Below are positions 38,448-48,699 of a DNA stretch of 60,489 nucleotides, piece after piece (the stretch's first letter is position 1; every line of letters starts with the position of its first letter). Source of the stretch: Candidatus Woesearchaeota archaeon (lineage in GTDB: Archaea > Nanobdellota > Nanobdellia > Woesearchaeales > DATGWN01); NCBI GenBank assembly GCA_047603125.1, contig JBLKOU010000002.1:1-60489 (forward strand), written 5' to 3'. The notes below the pieces were generated by a model. That model was not told the DNA's origin. It saw nothing but the letters and a program-made list of their open reading frames with translations, and did not search any database. A program made the translations under genes and the position numbers.

Positions 38448-41400
38448 GTGCGTATATTCCTAACAATTTTATTTTTATTCACCATTCTTCTAGTTTCCCC
38501 TGTTTATGCTGATGATGTAAAGTTTGGTTGTTATGTCCATAATTGGGATACGTTTATAGAGACAAACAGCTGTAGTGGTACAACGACATTATTGCAGGAT
38601 TTAGATGCTAGTGAGAAATATGATGAATTAGTTTCTGAATATGAGGCAGATTCCGATGAGTTAAGCGCAAGATTTGCGGCGAATAAATATTGTACTTCTA
38701 CTCAGCGAGAGGATTTTGGAGATGTTGCCGGCGATTTAGCTGAGTTTTGTTCGGGTGCTATTTGTGATTTGGGCGACGGAAGAACAGTGCCAAGACTTTT
38801 TGGTAATTGTAGCGACACGAAGGCTTTTTTTGAAGCGAATCCTGACTCGCTTCCTTCAGACCCAGATCCGGACCCCGACCCCGACCCGGACCCTGATCCA
38901 GACCCTGACCCCGACCCCGACCCGGACCCTGATCCAGACCCTGACCCCGATCCAGATCCAACAGACCCGCAAGTTTGTCAAAATGTCTGTAACTTACAAA
39001 CACATGTGTGCAGTAGCTCAGTTTCTGGCGAATTCAATAATGTTGGGCCCGGCTCTGTTTGTTGCCAACCAGACTACTGTGTAGAAAAGCCTGACGTTGA
39101 TTTGGAATCACGCACAATTTCAGGAAGTGTTGAGCGCCCAGGAAATTTAGAAGGGAGATTATATCAAGTTCGAGCACTACAAACAGATGGAGAATTTGGA
39201 GCGTCGGTCTCTCAAACAGGATCCTCATATGAACTTGAGAATTTATTACCCGGTGTTTATAATATCACTATTACTAATTTTGACAGCGATCCCACGTATA
39301 GAATTGTTGATGTGACTGAAGAAAACAAAACTGGCATTAATTTTAATTTAACAACTGATAATATACCAACCGTTATTGTTACAGATGAAGAAGGGGGGGC
39401 TTTAGGGGGCACATCTGTTGTTGTGATAGGTGGCAGCGTGTCACAAATAACACCTTCCAGTGGAACTGTATATTTGGTTGGGGCAAATTTAGGTAGTTTA
39501 GAATTGTTTATTGTCAAAGACGGTTATATACCGCTGCGACAAACACATGATTTTGGTGAAGAAAATCCATTTACTGCACGATTGCAAACAAAAGATTGTT
39601 TACAGGACGAACCTCCTGCACCGACATATCAACGAACGCCAGGTTCTACGCGATTGAAATTTACGGCATTTACTCCTTGTAATTTAGCTGCAAGCTCTTT
39701 TGTACTTGAACGTTGTTTAGGAGTAAATTGTGATTCGTTTGTAGAAGTGAATCAAACAGCAACACCATTATTAACGGATTCGAGTGCTCAATGGAATCGA
39801 ACATATAATTATCGAATAAAAATTGTTTATGAACAAGATTCAAGTATTGCGTATTCTCCGTCTGTGCAGATATATACGGGGGACACCGTTTGTGAGGGGA
39901 TGTATCAAAATCAGCCCTTTTGCGGGGAAGAAGTGGATGGTAATGTGGGGTATCGATGTTCTAACAACCAGGTTGTAAATTATTATGATACTGATGATTT
40001 TACTTGTGATGAGCCGGGTTTTTGTGTTGAGCGTTTGAATCAAGAAGGTAAATTTTATTTAACTTGTCAACAAGATAATGTTTGTTTAATTCAAGATTTT
40101 GTTCAAAGTCCCTTTGAGCTTTTTACCAGCAAGGACACTTGTTTAGAGAATAGCGATTATCTTTGTTATTTTGATAGAGGAGCAAGTGTTGCTCCGGTAT
40201 GCCAGACGTGTTTTTCACAAATGAAGTGTTCGGATTATCTCACAAGAGACGCATGTCGGGATGATGCCTGTCATGTAGGAAATGTTCAGGATTCTGCATG
40301 TCAATGGCAGGAGTCAATTACTCAAGTCGGTATGGGAACATGTGTGCCTGCACAAGATTTTGCACAGAATAATCCAACTGCTGCGTGTTTACAATGTACT
40401 GGAAGTAGTTGTGATCAAAAAATGTGTGAAGGTTTAGGAGTTTGTACGTATGTGGGGGGTGAGAGTAAACCATGTGTTGCAACATCTGATTTTTACTGTT
40501 CTGCTGTGCAAGATCGCAACATTTGTGAGGATCATGAGTCGTGTTTATGGAACCAGAATAAATGTGTTAAGAATTTTAATGGTCAACCTTGTGAAGCCGA
40601 ATTAGGACACTTGTCACAACATTGTGATGATACAATACCACCAGTAACAACTATTCATATGGATTCGCAGCTAGGCGTTTTTGATTTATATATTATTAAT
40701 TTTAGTGTAATCGATCAAGGTATTGGCGGGTATCCTAATAATCCTCGGGATGATTATACTGAGTTTGTCGAAAAAACAAAACTTTGTTTTATTGATTGTT
40801 TTAATACTGACTTATCTTTTAATTCTGTAAACTGGAAAAAAGCAGTAATTACCACGAATCAAATTTATTTTGAGTTAAATGATTCTTTAGTAAACAGTCT
40901 CAATACTGAAGGTGGCGAATCAATTGTTTATTATTATTCAGTTGATCGTGTGTTAAATAGTGAGGCACATAGTCGACATGATGTAAATAGATTTTATTTT
41001 CGTATTGATAGAACTGCTCCTCAGCTAGAGGTTTTGACAGAAGTTGTCATGGATTACACTGGTAGTCAACAACCCTCTGTTCTCTTTGATATTAAAACAA
41101 CGCATGATACGCGAGCAGATGAGGCGAAAAGAACATCTTGTTCTGTTTCTTTTTCTGACCAAACACAATCATCTAAAAACACATATTTGAGTCGTCATAC
41201 ATTTTTCTTTCCTGAACAAAATGATGGTGTTCGTGATGCAACAATTACTTGTGTTGATGAATTTGGCAATACGAATACGAAAACAGAATCGGTAGAAATT
41301 TGGTCCGATAGTGATATTGAGTGGATTTCTCCTGCGCGTGTTGTTTCAGAGCAAGACCATGATTTAATAATTGAGACTGCAACGCCTGCTGAGTGTAAAT

Positions 41401-44400
41401 ATTCGGCAGATCCTCTTGCTTTACATGATCAGTATAGTAATTTTAAACCTGATTCAGCTTTTACTCGTCATAGTGCACAAGTAACATCTCCAGAAAATAC
41501 GCAAACAACATACTCGGTTATTTGTTCATTTTCTCAAGGAAACCGTGAAAAAATTGTGCAAAGCACTGTTCTTGTAGATACAATCCCGCCACAAACAGTT
41601 TTTATTAATGAGCAAACAGGAAAACCATTTGATTTTACGAAAGTTTATACAGAGCCAGTTACTGTACGGGTCGGTTGTGTTGATCAACCGCAAGGGGGCT
41701 TTGGTTGTGTTCATCGTTCGGGTTTGCAGGATTTAACTCTTGCAAGTTCACAAGATACTTCGCCCATTGATTTATCTAAAGCACAGGTGCGTGAAGAGGA
41801 TGAGTTTGCAGAGTTTACTGTGAATTCACTGGCAAAAATTTGTGCACAGACACGGGAAAAAACAAGAGAACCTGAATTTGGTGAGAATCAAGACTGCCAT
41901 GCAGTGCAATTTCAAGAATTACAACCCCATGTTCGTTTTGTAGATCCTCCCGAGTTTGCTTCTTCTAACTCTCCTCAAATAGTTGCACAAGTTTATTTCA
42001 TGCGTGATCCATTGTCTTTTTCTGTGAGTGGTGATCAAAATTATGTTAATAGTTCCTTTTTATTTAATACAGGAAAACTTTCTGGACGCTTTTCTTATAC
42101 GGATGAAGAAGATCGGGTAGAACTATATGTTGAATTTGGTGATCAAAGAGTCGTGTTTAATTTAGCTCAAAATAGGGTTGAATTTGCTGGCAGTACTGTA
42201 TCGTTTACATTTGAAGAAGGAGAGAATTATTTCTTTGACATTTACTCTCAAAGTTCCAATCAAGCAACGGTACGCTTAAATAATCAAACTCTTTTTAACA
42301 ACGTGCAAATTGGTTCGAGCGAAGGGATTGTGCGCTATGGGTATGAAAATACAATTCCTGGAATACAACCTCGCATAACAGTGAGCCCATTGTCTGTAGA
42401 AGTGTTTGATAGTTTGATCAGTGAGTATGACGTTACATTTACAGCTGGAGAGAGAATTACTCGAACAGTTCGACTTCCAGCAAATGAACCGAAGAATTTA
42501 CAAAATGTATTATCCTCATTTCGAATTGCAACACTTGATGAGTTTTATGAAGGAGGTCAAGTTCAATTACAAATATATCCTGTGGGCCATTCATCTAATG
42601 GGGATTCCCATACTGTAGAATTTCGTGTAGGGGATTCTATTAATCTTGACGTTTCTTTTGTTTCGGATGAAGGGACTAATACAATCTTTTTTGATGAGTC
42701 ATTTGGTGTAGAATATGAGTTTGAACACTTTTATCCTGTTGAAAATGTGACAATTGAATTACCCGATTCTTTTAAACACAGTACTGTTTTTGAACCACCT
42801 ACACGTTCAGCAAATGATTCGTTTACTGTTGCTATAAATCCTGATAATCGTATTCTTATTGGTGAACATATTGTTTATGCGTTTGTTGAAGATGCAGAGG
42901 GTCTTTTTTTAGAGCGAAATTTCACATTATCCATTTTGAGTCGATTCAGTGAATTTAATGATTTGTTGCGAATTTATACAAATACAAGTAGGCCAACTAT
43001 AGAATTTGGTGTTCCAAGTGAGTATAGTACAACGGAATGTCGTATAAGATATCCTTCGGAAGGTCAAACTCGAGAGCAAAAATTCGAGTCACAAGGAGAT
43101 ATAAGACGAGTCACACTTGAACATTCTTTGACAAAAAAACCAAATGCGGAAGTTGAAATTTCTGCAACAATTATGTGTTCTGCTGTCGCAGATAATGCTG
43201 CTCAAGAAATTGATGCAGTTATTATTGTTGATATGCGACCACCAAGGGTTGGTTTTGTCATTGACTCGTTTGATCAATCTATTGCTTATATGTCGGAGTA
43301 TTCCGTAGAATCAAAAACTTACAGGGTATTAAATTCATCTGGCGTGTTTGCAAAAGGTTTTCGGATAATGGCGGATGAACCTGTTCGATGTCGTTTTGAG
43401 CGAGGAGCATGGCAAAGCAATTGGACGGGATTACAAAAAAATCATCTTTTTACAGATGCGGCAGTACTGTTTTCTTCGCCATTGGTTCCTTCACAAATTC
43501 AGGCAACATGTCAAGATCAAGCAAATAATACGGTGACGCGCAGTCTGGATCTTACAGAATCGACAGAGCCAGTTCATCAAGTAACTGTTCCAGAAATTAT
43601 TTTTGCAAATCAACAATTTGAGGTCGAATTACAGACAACAAGAGATTATCAAGAATGTCGCGTTTCTCCAAACAGTGGTTGGTCGCATGCACTTCCTTTG
43701 ACATCCAATGATCGTGATTCGTTAACAGGACTTATAAGTCACACGAGGGATGTTCGTTTTAGTAATCAGCCAAGTACACTTTATATATTGTGCGATCAAC
43801 AAGTAGTTTATACAAAAACGGGATTATTGTATGAGCCTTTATCGGAAAATGAATTCCAGGCTGTACTGGTAACACAACCGTTTATTACACAGGATTCTCA
43901 AAAAACAATTGCCATTGAAGTGAATCAAACCCAACATCCATTCAAGGTTTATGTATATAATGATGGTTTGCAGTTAGTGAGAGAGTTTGAACCACAGACC
44001 GAATCAATTTTCCTTCCTGTTTCCTTGCATGGTGGAACAAATGAACTTCAAGTCTTGGTTGAATATGGACCCAAAACTATTGAACTTAAACGTTTATACG
44101 GATATAGGTCTGTTTCAGGTTCACGTGGTACGTATGCATATTTGCGAGGAGCGGTAGGAACAATTTCTCAATATCCTGGTTTATATTATGATGTGCAAAA
44201 TCAGAGTGTTGAGTTTGAGGATTTTGTTTCTGGCAATTACTACACATTGGTGGAAGAATATGAAGGAGAAACTGTCTATCATGCATTTCGCTATGAATCG
44301 TTGACACCATTTGTTTATTATAATAGCACTCGTTCTCAATTTATGTGGGATGGTCCATTTATGTATGATGTTCGCGATGGAAGAAATGAAGATGTAGTTA

Positions 44401-47400
44401 TGGGTCAACGGCCAATGAGTGCATTTGATTCTCAGGTGGGGCGCGATACAATTAGTCACGAGGGGAGTTTTTCAAGTAATGCTTATGTTTTTGCGACAGT
44501 TTTTAGTGAATTTTTAACAGAGGGACGAGGTTCATTTGCCCAATTTGTTGAATCCGTTTCAACACCAGTTACAATGGACGTACATCCTACGACAATTGTA
44601 ACTCCAAGACCGACATTGGAAGTTTATTGGAATCGACCTCTTCAGATTATTGAAGCAACCTTTAGTGGTGGAGCTGTTAATGAGCAGTTTTCAAGTATGA
44701 CGGACTTTTTATTGAATCAAAGCTTTCAAATAGAATCATCACTTGAAGAAGGCCAGCGCTATACACTAGATATACTTACCCAGACGCCAGGTGGTGCTCA
44801 GCAGGAATTTTCAAAAGACTTTACTGTTTCATTTGAACCATTGAAGATAACACTTGTCTCTCCCAAATTTACCGATCGGAGAAACTATGATTTTGTCATT
44901 CGAACAGATAGGAATGCGCAGTGTGGTTTTGCACAATCTGACACTGATTTTGAGAGTATGCAACTATTAGTATCGACAGACGACAATACTCATGTAGCAA
45001 CTGTGCAATTTGAATCTGACGAGTCAGAAAAGACATTATTTGTCAATTGTAAAGATCTCACAACAAATGTGATTTTAAATCAACCTGAGCAATTTGTTAT
45101 AACTTACAATGACGATAGTCCGACTTTTGATTTTGAAGTAGTGCAATCACAATTTATTCCTGAAACAAACGCGTTTGCAATCATAACGCCAACAGGAAAA
45201 GCGCTTGCAACAGTGAATGCAACACAACCTGTAACATGTACTTTTGCGCGAGAAGAAAGTACCCCAAGCACATTTGGTTCTGATCAATTTAACACATCGC
45301 ACGAACATATGATTTCCATTTCAAATACTGAGCCGCAAAATTATACTATTCGATGTGAAAATCCTGCAGGTAGGTATACTCAGCAAACATATCCATTTTA
45401 TAAAATTTCGCCTGCGCAATCTGCGCATATTTTTATTGAAGAGCCTTCTTCAACAAGACCATTTGTTTTTGAGCGAAGTACGTCTCTTGTAGTGCGAACA
45501 ACTCCTAATAAGTTTACTCAATGTTCATATCGTGCAAACCAGGGTTCAGAAATTTCTCTTGTGAGACAAGATGATGCGACATACTATATTCAAGAATCTT
45601 TGCAACTTCAGCTTGGATGGAATGTCCTAAATGTGACTTGCACAGGTGCAGATGCACATCAAGAATACTCGACACGTTCGGTTTTTGTTGATCAAATTCC
45701 TCCGACAATATCTGCTATTGATGTTGAGTCAAGCATTACTGTGAACCCTCATCAATTACGCGATCATCCATTCTATTTACGTGCAAATGTTTCGGGTCGG
45801 GATGAGCAATCGGGATTATCTGAGATACAATATATGATCAGAACAGATACAACTACTCAAATTGCAAGTGGGAATGTTTTACTCCAAGGAGTTTCACAAA
45901 TAGAGAATAGAACACTTTCAAAAAATATAAATATTGATCCTTTGATTAGTGAAGATAGCTTCTATTGGGATATTTCGTTGATAAATAGAGCTGGATTAGT
46001 TTCGCAACTTGAATCAACTCCCGTGCAGATACATGTTGACCCCGATGTCGTTTATGCACAATTGTCTTTAGTACATTCTGACACAAATGTTACCCGAGAT
46101 AGATATGTGCAAATTCAAGCATTATTTACAACAAACCCTGATAAGTTTATTCATGCAAAAATAATAAATCCGAACGGAGTAGAGCTATCTACTGAATTAC
46201 TCGAGCGTCAAAATACACGTCATGTCTTTATTGCAAATAAAAGCGAGGATGGATTATTGGTTGAAGGAGTTCACAGATTTGAACTACGCTATGAAGATGG
46301 TGATGGTGAACACTATATACAAGAATATTATTTTGAATATCAACTAGGCAATGTTGAAATATTTTTAGAAAGTCCAAAGTATGGTGGAACAACAGCACAA
46401 AACACTCAATATCGCTTTATAACGACTGATTTGGCGACATGTGAGTACGACTGGGGAACAGAAATAGGTTCGGGGTCACAAAGTATATCTTCAAATTATC
46501 AGTTAAATCATAATGTTCCAATTAGTTTCCGGCCACAAGACGATGGTCAAGTCTTTTCATTGACACTGGAATGTACAAATAAAAATGAACAACCGACAAA
46601 AGAAACATTTACAATTACTTATGATACACAAAAACCGCAAATGAATGTGACATTCTCTCCGTTGATTAATAATCGTTGGATATTTAACCAAAGAACTGTT
46701 TCACTTTCAGTTAATACTGATAAACATACTTTGTGTCGATATGGCCGAACAAGTGACTTTGAACAGATGAATCCACTTTCAAACAATCAATTTTCAAGAG
46801 AACATACGACGCAAATATCTTCTTTACCTGATGATTCTATATGGTGGGTTGTGTGTAAAGCCAGAACTGAATTATCAACAAGTCTTGAACAAAGAATCTC
46901 TGTAGATTTGAATCCAACACAGTCTTTGATGATTCATTCTCCTGAGAGATATATTCGCCCAGGTGAGCATACAATTAACGCAACAACACACATACCTGTT
47001 GAGCCACAAAGTTGTGTTGCGAGTATAACAAAGAATAATCAGACACAAATGGTTGACATTAGCGTGACTGAAACTATCATTGAAGGGTTGCATACATTTT
47101 CGGATGAAGGCTCATACAAAATAGAATTGGATTGCAGCGGTACTGGAACTGCGCCTGGTGAGGGGGCATCCGCAAGTCGCTCAATTATTGTAGATGATAC
47201 TGCGCCAGAATTCATAAACATTTCTACACCACAAACTGCAAGATTAGATAGCCAAGATCGTGTTCCTATCAACGCGAGTGTAGTATTTAAAGATAATTTA
47301 TCAGGAATTTTATATTATGAATATATCGTAGGTTCAGCACCATTCCCTCAAGCAGGGTATAATTCATATATGAATGGTACGAATAGTTCAAGTGCATATT

Positions 47401-48185
47401 TTCAGACATTAGTCTCTGATGTTAAAAGAGATGACCTTATTTATGTAACCGTGCGAGCGGTAAACAAGGTTGATTTAAAAAGTGAGTATCAATCTTCAAA
47501 TTCGATTAGAGTCGTTGGTGGTTCAACAACATCCAATGGTTCAGATCCAGACCCTGATCCGGATCCTGATCCGGACCCGAAACCGCCAATTGTGCCTCCA
47601 AAAAGTGAGAATGGTGATGATGAACCGGATCCTCTTCCAGATCCAGATCCGCTACCGCAAGATGATACGCCTGATCCCGTAGAATCATCTTCAGGTCTTG
47701 GTATGTGGTTTTATATAATACTCCTCCTCCTTTTGATTATTGCTGTTGTCGGAGGATACTTTGGCTATACGGCGTATGAAGATAAGTTACAAAAACAAAA
47801 ACGCCCAGTCTCACGGTCTGTCGGCATGCCACCACCACCGGGCTCTACGCAAAGTCAATTTGGTTCACCAACAATGCCTGCTGCGCCACCCCAACAGATG
47901 AGTGTGAAGCAAAAGCTCAAACAACGCTTGCAAAAACGCCTTTCAGCAACAACGGGAGCTCAGGCGCCTGCGTCAGTTCAAAAAGAATCGACGCCAAGTC
48001 AGCCTGCACAGCCGTCAGCACCAATGAGTGAGTTACAAAAAATTGCACAATCTGCGCCAAAACCAACACAACAAAAAGCAGACCTTGAAGGGCTTAAATC
48101 GATTACAAATGGTGAGTCTGAAAAACCCCAAGAAGAAGATTCGCTTGAAAAGCTCAAGAAACTTTCGGAGAAAAAAGATGAATAA
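38448..48185 (+). CDS. Giant membrane-anchored surface protein (3245 aa)
   Basis: GTG start with an upstream gagggg. Sec signal MRIFLTILFLFTILLVSPVYA, a (DP)17 linker, a Cys-rich region, and at least 10 repeats of ~100 aa each with a conserved Cys pair. A second DP-rich linker is followed by a single C-terminal TM (WFYIILLLLLIIAVVGGYFGY) and a P/Q/K-rich tail. Confidence 0.9.
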   Translation: MRIFLTILFLFTILLVSPVYADDVKFGCYVHNWDTFIETNSCSGTTTLLQDLDASEKYDELVSEYEADSDELSARFAANKYCTSTQREDFGDVAGDLAEFCSGAICDLGDGRTVPRLFGNCSDTKAFFEANPDSLPSDPDPDPDPDPDPDPDPDPDPDPDPDPDPDPDPDPTDPQVCQNVCNLQTHVCSSSVSGEFNNVGPGSVCCQPDYCVEKPDVDLESRTISGSVERPGNLEGRLYQVRALQTDGEFGASVSQTGSSYELENLLPGVYNITITNFDSDPTYRIVDVTEENKTGINFNLTTDNIPTVIVTDEEGGALGGTSVVVIGGSVSQITPSSGTVYLVGANLGSLELFIVKDGYIPLRQTHDFGEENPFTARLQTKDCLQDEPPAPTYQRTPGSTRLKFTAFTPCNLAASSFVLERCLGVNCDSFVEVNQTATPLLTDSSAQWNRTYNYRIKIVYEQDSSIAYSPSVQIYTGDTVCEGMYQNQPFCGEEVDGNVGYRCSNNQVVNYYDTDDFTCDEPGFCVERLNQEGKFYLTCQQDNVCLIQDFVQSPFELFTSKDTCLENSDYLCYFDRGASVAPVCQTCFSQMKCSDYLTRDACRDDACHVGNVQDSACQWQESITQVGMGTCVPAQDFAQNNPTAACLQCTGSSCDQKMCEGLGVCTYVGGESKPCVATSDFYCSAVQDRNICEDHESCLWNQNKCVKNFNGQPCEAELGHLSQHCDDTIPPVTTIHMDSQLGVFDLYIINFSVIDQGIGGYPNNPRDDYTEFVEKTKLCFIDCFNTDLSFNSVNWKKAVITTNQIYFELNDSLVNSLNTEGGESIVYYYSVDRVLNSEAHSRHDVNRFYFRIDRTAPQLEVLTEVVMDYTGSQQPSVLFDIKTTHDTRADEAKRTSCSVSFSDQTQSSKNTYLSRHTFFFPEQNDGVRDATITCVDEFGNTNTKTESVEIWSDSDIEWISPARVVSEQDHDLIIETATPAECKYSADPLALHDQYSNFKPDSAFTRHSAQVTSPENTQTTYSVICSFSQGNREKIVQSTVLVDTIPPQTVFINEQTGKPFDFTKVYTEPVTVRVGCVDQPQGGFGCVHRSGLQDLTLASSQDTSPIDLSKAQVREEDEFAEFTVNSLAKICAQTREKTREPEFGENQDCHAVQFQELQPHVRFVDPPEFASSNSPQIVAQVYFMRDPLSFSVSGDQNYVNSSFLFNTGKLSGRFSYTDEEDRVELYVEFGDQRVVFNLAQNRVEFAGSTVSFTFEEGENYFFDIYSQSSNQATVRLNNQTLFNNVQIGSSEGIVRYGYENTIPGIQPRITVSPLSVEVFDSLISEYDVTFTAGERITRTVRLPANEPKNLQNVLSSFRIATLDEFYEGGQVQLQIYPVGHSSNGDSHTVEFRVGDSINLDVSFVSDEGTNTIFFDESFGVEYEFEHFYPVENVTIELPDSFKHSTVFEPPTRSANDSFTVAINPDNRILIGEHIVYAFVEDAEGLFLERNFTLSILSRFSEFNDLLRIYTNTSRPTIEFGVPSEYSTTECRIRYPSEGQTREQKFESQGDIRRVTLEHSLTKKPNAEVEISATIMCSAVADNAAQEIDAVIIVDMRPPRVGFVIDSFDQSIAYMSEYSVESKTYRVLNSSGVFAKGFRIMADEPVRCRFERGAWQSNWTGLQKNHLFTDAAVLFSSPLVPSQIQATCQDQANNTVTRSLDLTESTEPVHQVTVPEIIFANQQFEVELQTTRDYQECRVSPNSGWSHALPLTSNDRDSLTGLISHTRDVRFSNQPSTLYILCDQQVVYTKTGLLYEPLSENEFQAVLVTQPFITQDSQKTIAIEVNQTQHPFKVYVYNDGLQLVREFEPQTESIFLPVSLHGGTNELQVLVEYGPKTIELKRLYGYRSVSGSRGTYAYLRGAVGTISQYPGLYYDVQNQSVEFEDFVSGNYYTLVEEYEGETVYHAFRYESLTPFVYYNSTRSQFMWDGPFMYDVRDGRNEDVVMGQRPMSAFDSQVGRDTISHEGSFSSNAYVFATVFSEFLTEGRGSFAQFVESVSTPVTMDVHPTTIVTPRPTLEVYWNRPLQIIEATFSGGAVNEQFSSMTDFLLNQSFQIESSLEEGQRYTLDILTQTPGGAQQEFSKDFTVSFEPLKITLVSPKFTDRRNYDFVIRTDRNAQCGFAQSDTDFESMQLLVSTDDNTHVATVQFESDESEKTLFVNCKDLTTNVILNQPEQFVITYNDDSPTFDFEVVQSQFIPETNAFAIITPTGKALATVNATQPVTCTFAREESTPSTFGSDQFNTSHEHMISISNTEPQNYTIRCENPAGRYTQQTYPFYKISPAQSAHIFIEEPSSTRPFVFERSTSLVVRTTPNKFTQCSYRANQGSEISLVRQDDATYYIQESLQLQLGWNVLNVTCTGADAHQEYSTRSVFVDQIPPTISAIDVESSITVNPHQLRDHPFYLRANVSGRDEQSGLSEIQYMIRTDTTTQIASGNVLLQGVSQIENRTLSKNINIDPLISEDSFYWDISLINRAGLVSQLESTPVQIHVDPDVVYAQLSLVHSDTNVTRDRYVQIQALFTTNPDKFIHAKIINPNGVELSTELLERQNTRHVFIANKSEDGLLVEGVHRFELRYEDGDGEHYIQEYYFEYQLGNVEIFLESPKYGGTTAQNTQYRFITTDLATCEYDWGTEIGSGSQSISSNYQLNHNVPISFRPQDDGQVFSLTLECTNKNEQPTKETFTITYDTQKPQMNVTFSPLINNRWIFNQRTVSLSVNTDKHTLCRYGRTSDFEQMNPLSNNQFSREHTTQISSLPDDSIWWVVCKARTELSTSLEQRISVDLNPTQSLMIHSPERYIRPGEHTINATTHIPVEPQSCVASITKNNQTQMVDISVTETIIEGLHTFSDEGSYKIELDCSGTGTAPGEGASASRSIIVDDTAPEFINISTPQTARLDSQDRVPINASVVFKDNLSGILYYEYIVGSAPFPQAGYNSYMNGTNSSSAYFQTLVSDVKRDDLIYVTVRAVNKVDLKSEYQSSNSIRVVGGSTTSNGSDPDPDPDPDPDPKPPIVPPKSENGDDEPDPLPDPDPLPQDDTPDPVESSSGLGMWFYIILLLLLIIAVVGGYFGYTAYEDKLQKQKRPVSRSVGMPPPPGSTQSQFGSPTMPAAPPQQMSVKQKLKQRLQKRLSATTGAQAPASVQKESTPSQPAQPSAPMSELQKIAQSAPKPTQQKADLEGLKSITNGESEKPQEEDSLEKLKKLSEKKDE
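38859..38960 (+). repeat. (GAC CCN)n tract encoding (Asp-Pro)17, containing a perfect 36-bp tandem duplication
   Basis: 38871-38906 is identical to 38907-38942 (gaccccgaccccgacccggaccctgatccagaccct). Confidence 0.9.
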
Positions 48186-48699
48186 AAAAGGGTTTGACGC
48201 AAATCAAATGTTTATTTATATTGTTGCTATTGTAGTTGTTGGAGGCGTGTTAATTTTTGGAGGCCGTGCAGTACTTTTATTTTTACAAAGCAGCGAGAAT
48301 ATTCAAACAACACAGTATTTACGAAATTTAGAATCGGCAGCCACTGGTGTTGCAAATGAACATGGTACTGTTCGATTTCATGACGTCAGACTAGTGGCTC
48401 GTGCAGATAAAATTTGTATAATTGATAAAACGAATAGTACTATGCAGGATGGTAATTGCGATCAAGATTACGGCGCAGAATTATGCTACCTCTGGGAATT
48501 AATTGTTGAAAAACGCCAAGAACCAGCCAATGTCTTTTTATTACAAGGATCGGCCATTGTTCAATCATATCACATTGATAATTTGTATCCTGAAAGTGAA
48601 AATAATATTGTGTGTGCGCAAAGTTCGGGACAGCGCTTTGAGATGACAAATCGTCGAGGGGCCGCATATATTAACGTGACGCTGCCTAGTTCATCATGA
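48178..48699 (+). CDS. Prepilin-like (class III signal peptide) protein 1
   Basis: The ATG at 48178 overlaps the giant gene stop by 8 nt. N-terminus MNKKGFDANQMFIYIVAIVVVGGVLIFGG. Confidence 0.7.
   Translation: MNKKGFDANQMFIYIVAIVVVGGVLIFGGRAVLLFLQSSENIQTTQYLRNLESAATGVANEHGTVRFHDVRLVARADKICIIDKTNSTMQDGNCDQDYGAELCYLWELIVEKRQEPANVFLLQGSAIVQSYHIDNLYPESENNIVCAQSSGQRFEMTNRRGAAYINVTLPSSS

Noticed and set aside
38755-39084. ORFs 38755..39084 (+) and 38758..39003 (-) across the DP repeat
   Set aside because: They are alternative-frame or antisense readings of the GACCCN repeat (poly-TR/PT and GQG strings) and are artefacts of low complexity.
48028-48177. Upstream extension of the first pilin-like ORF (start 48028)
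   Set aside because: It overlaps the 3' end of the giant gene in another frame and is highly basic low-complexity. The ATG at 48178 yields a canonical prepilin-like N-terminus.
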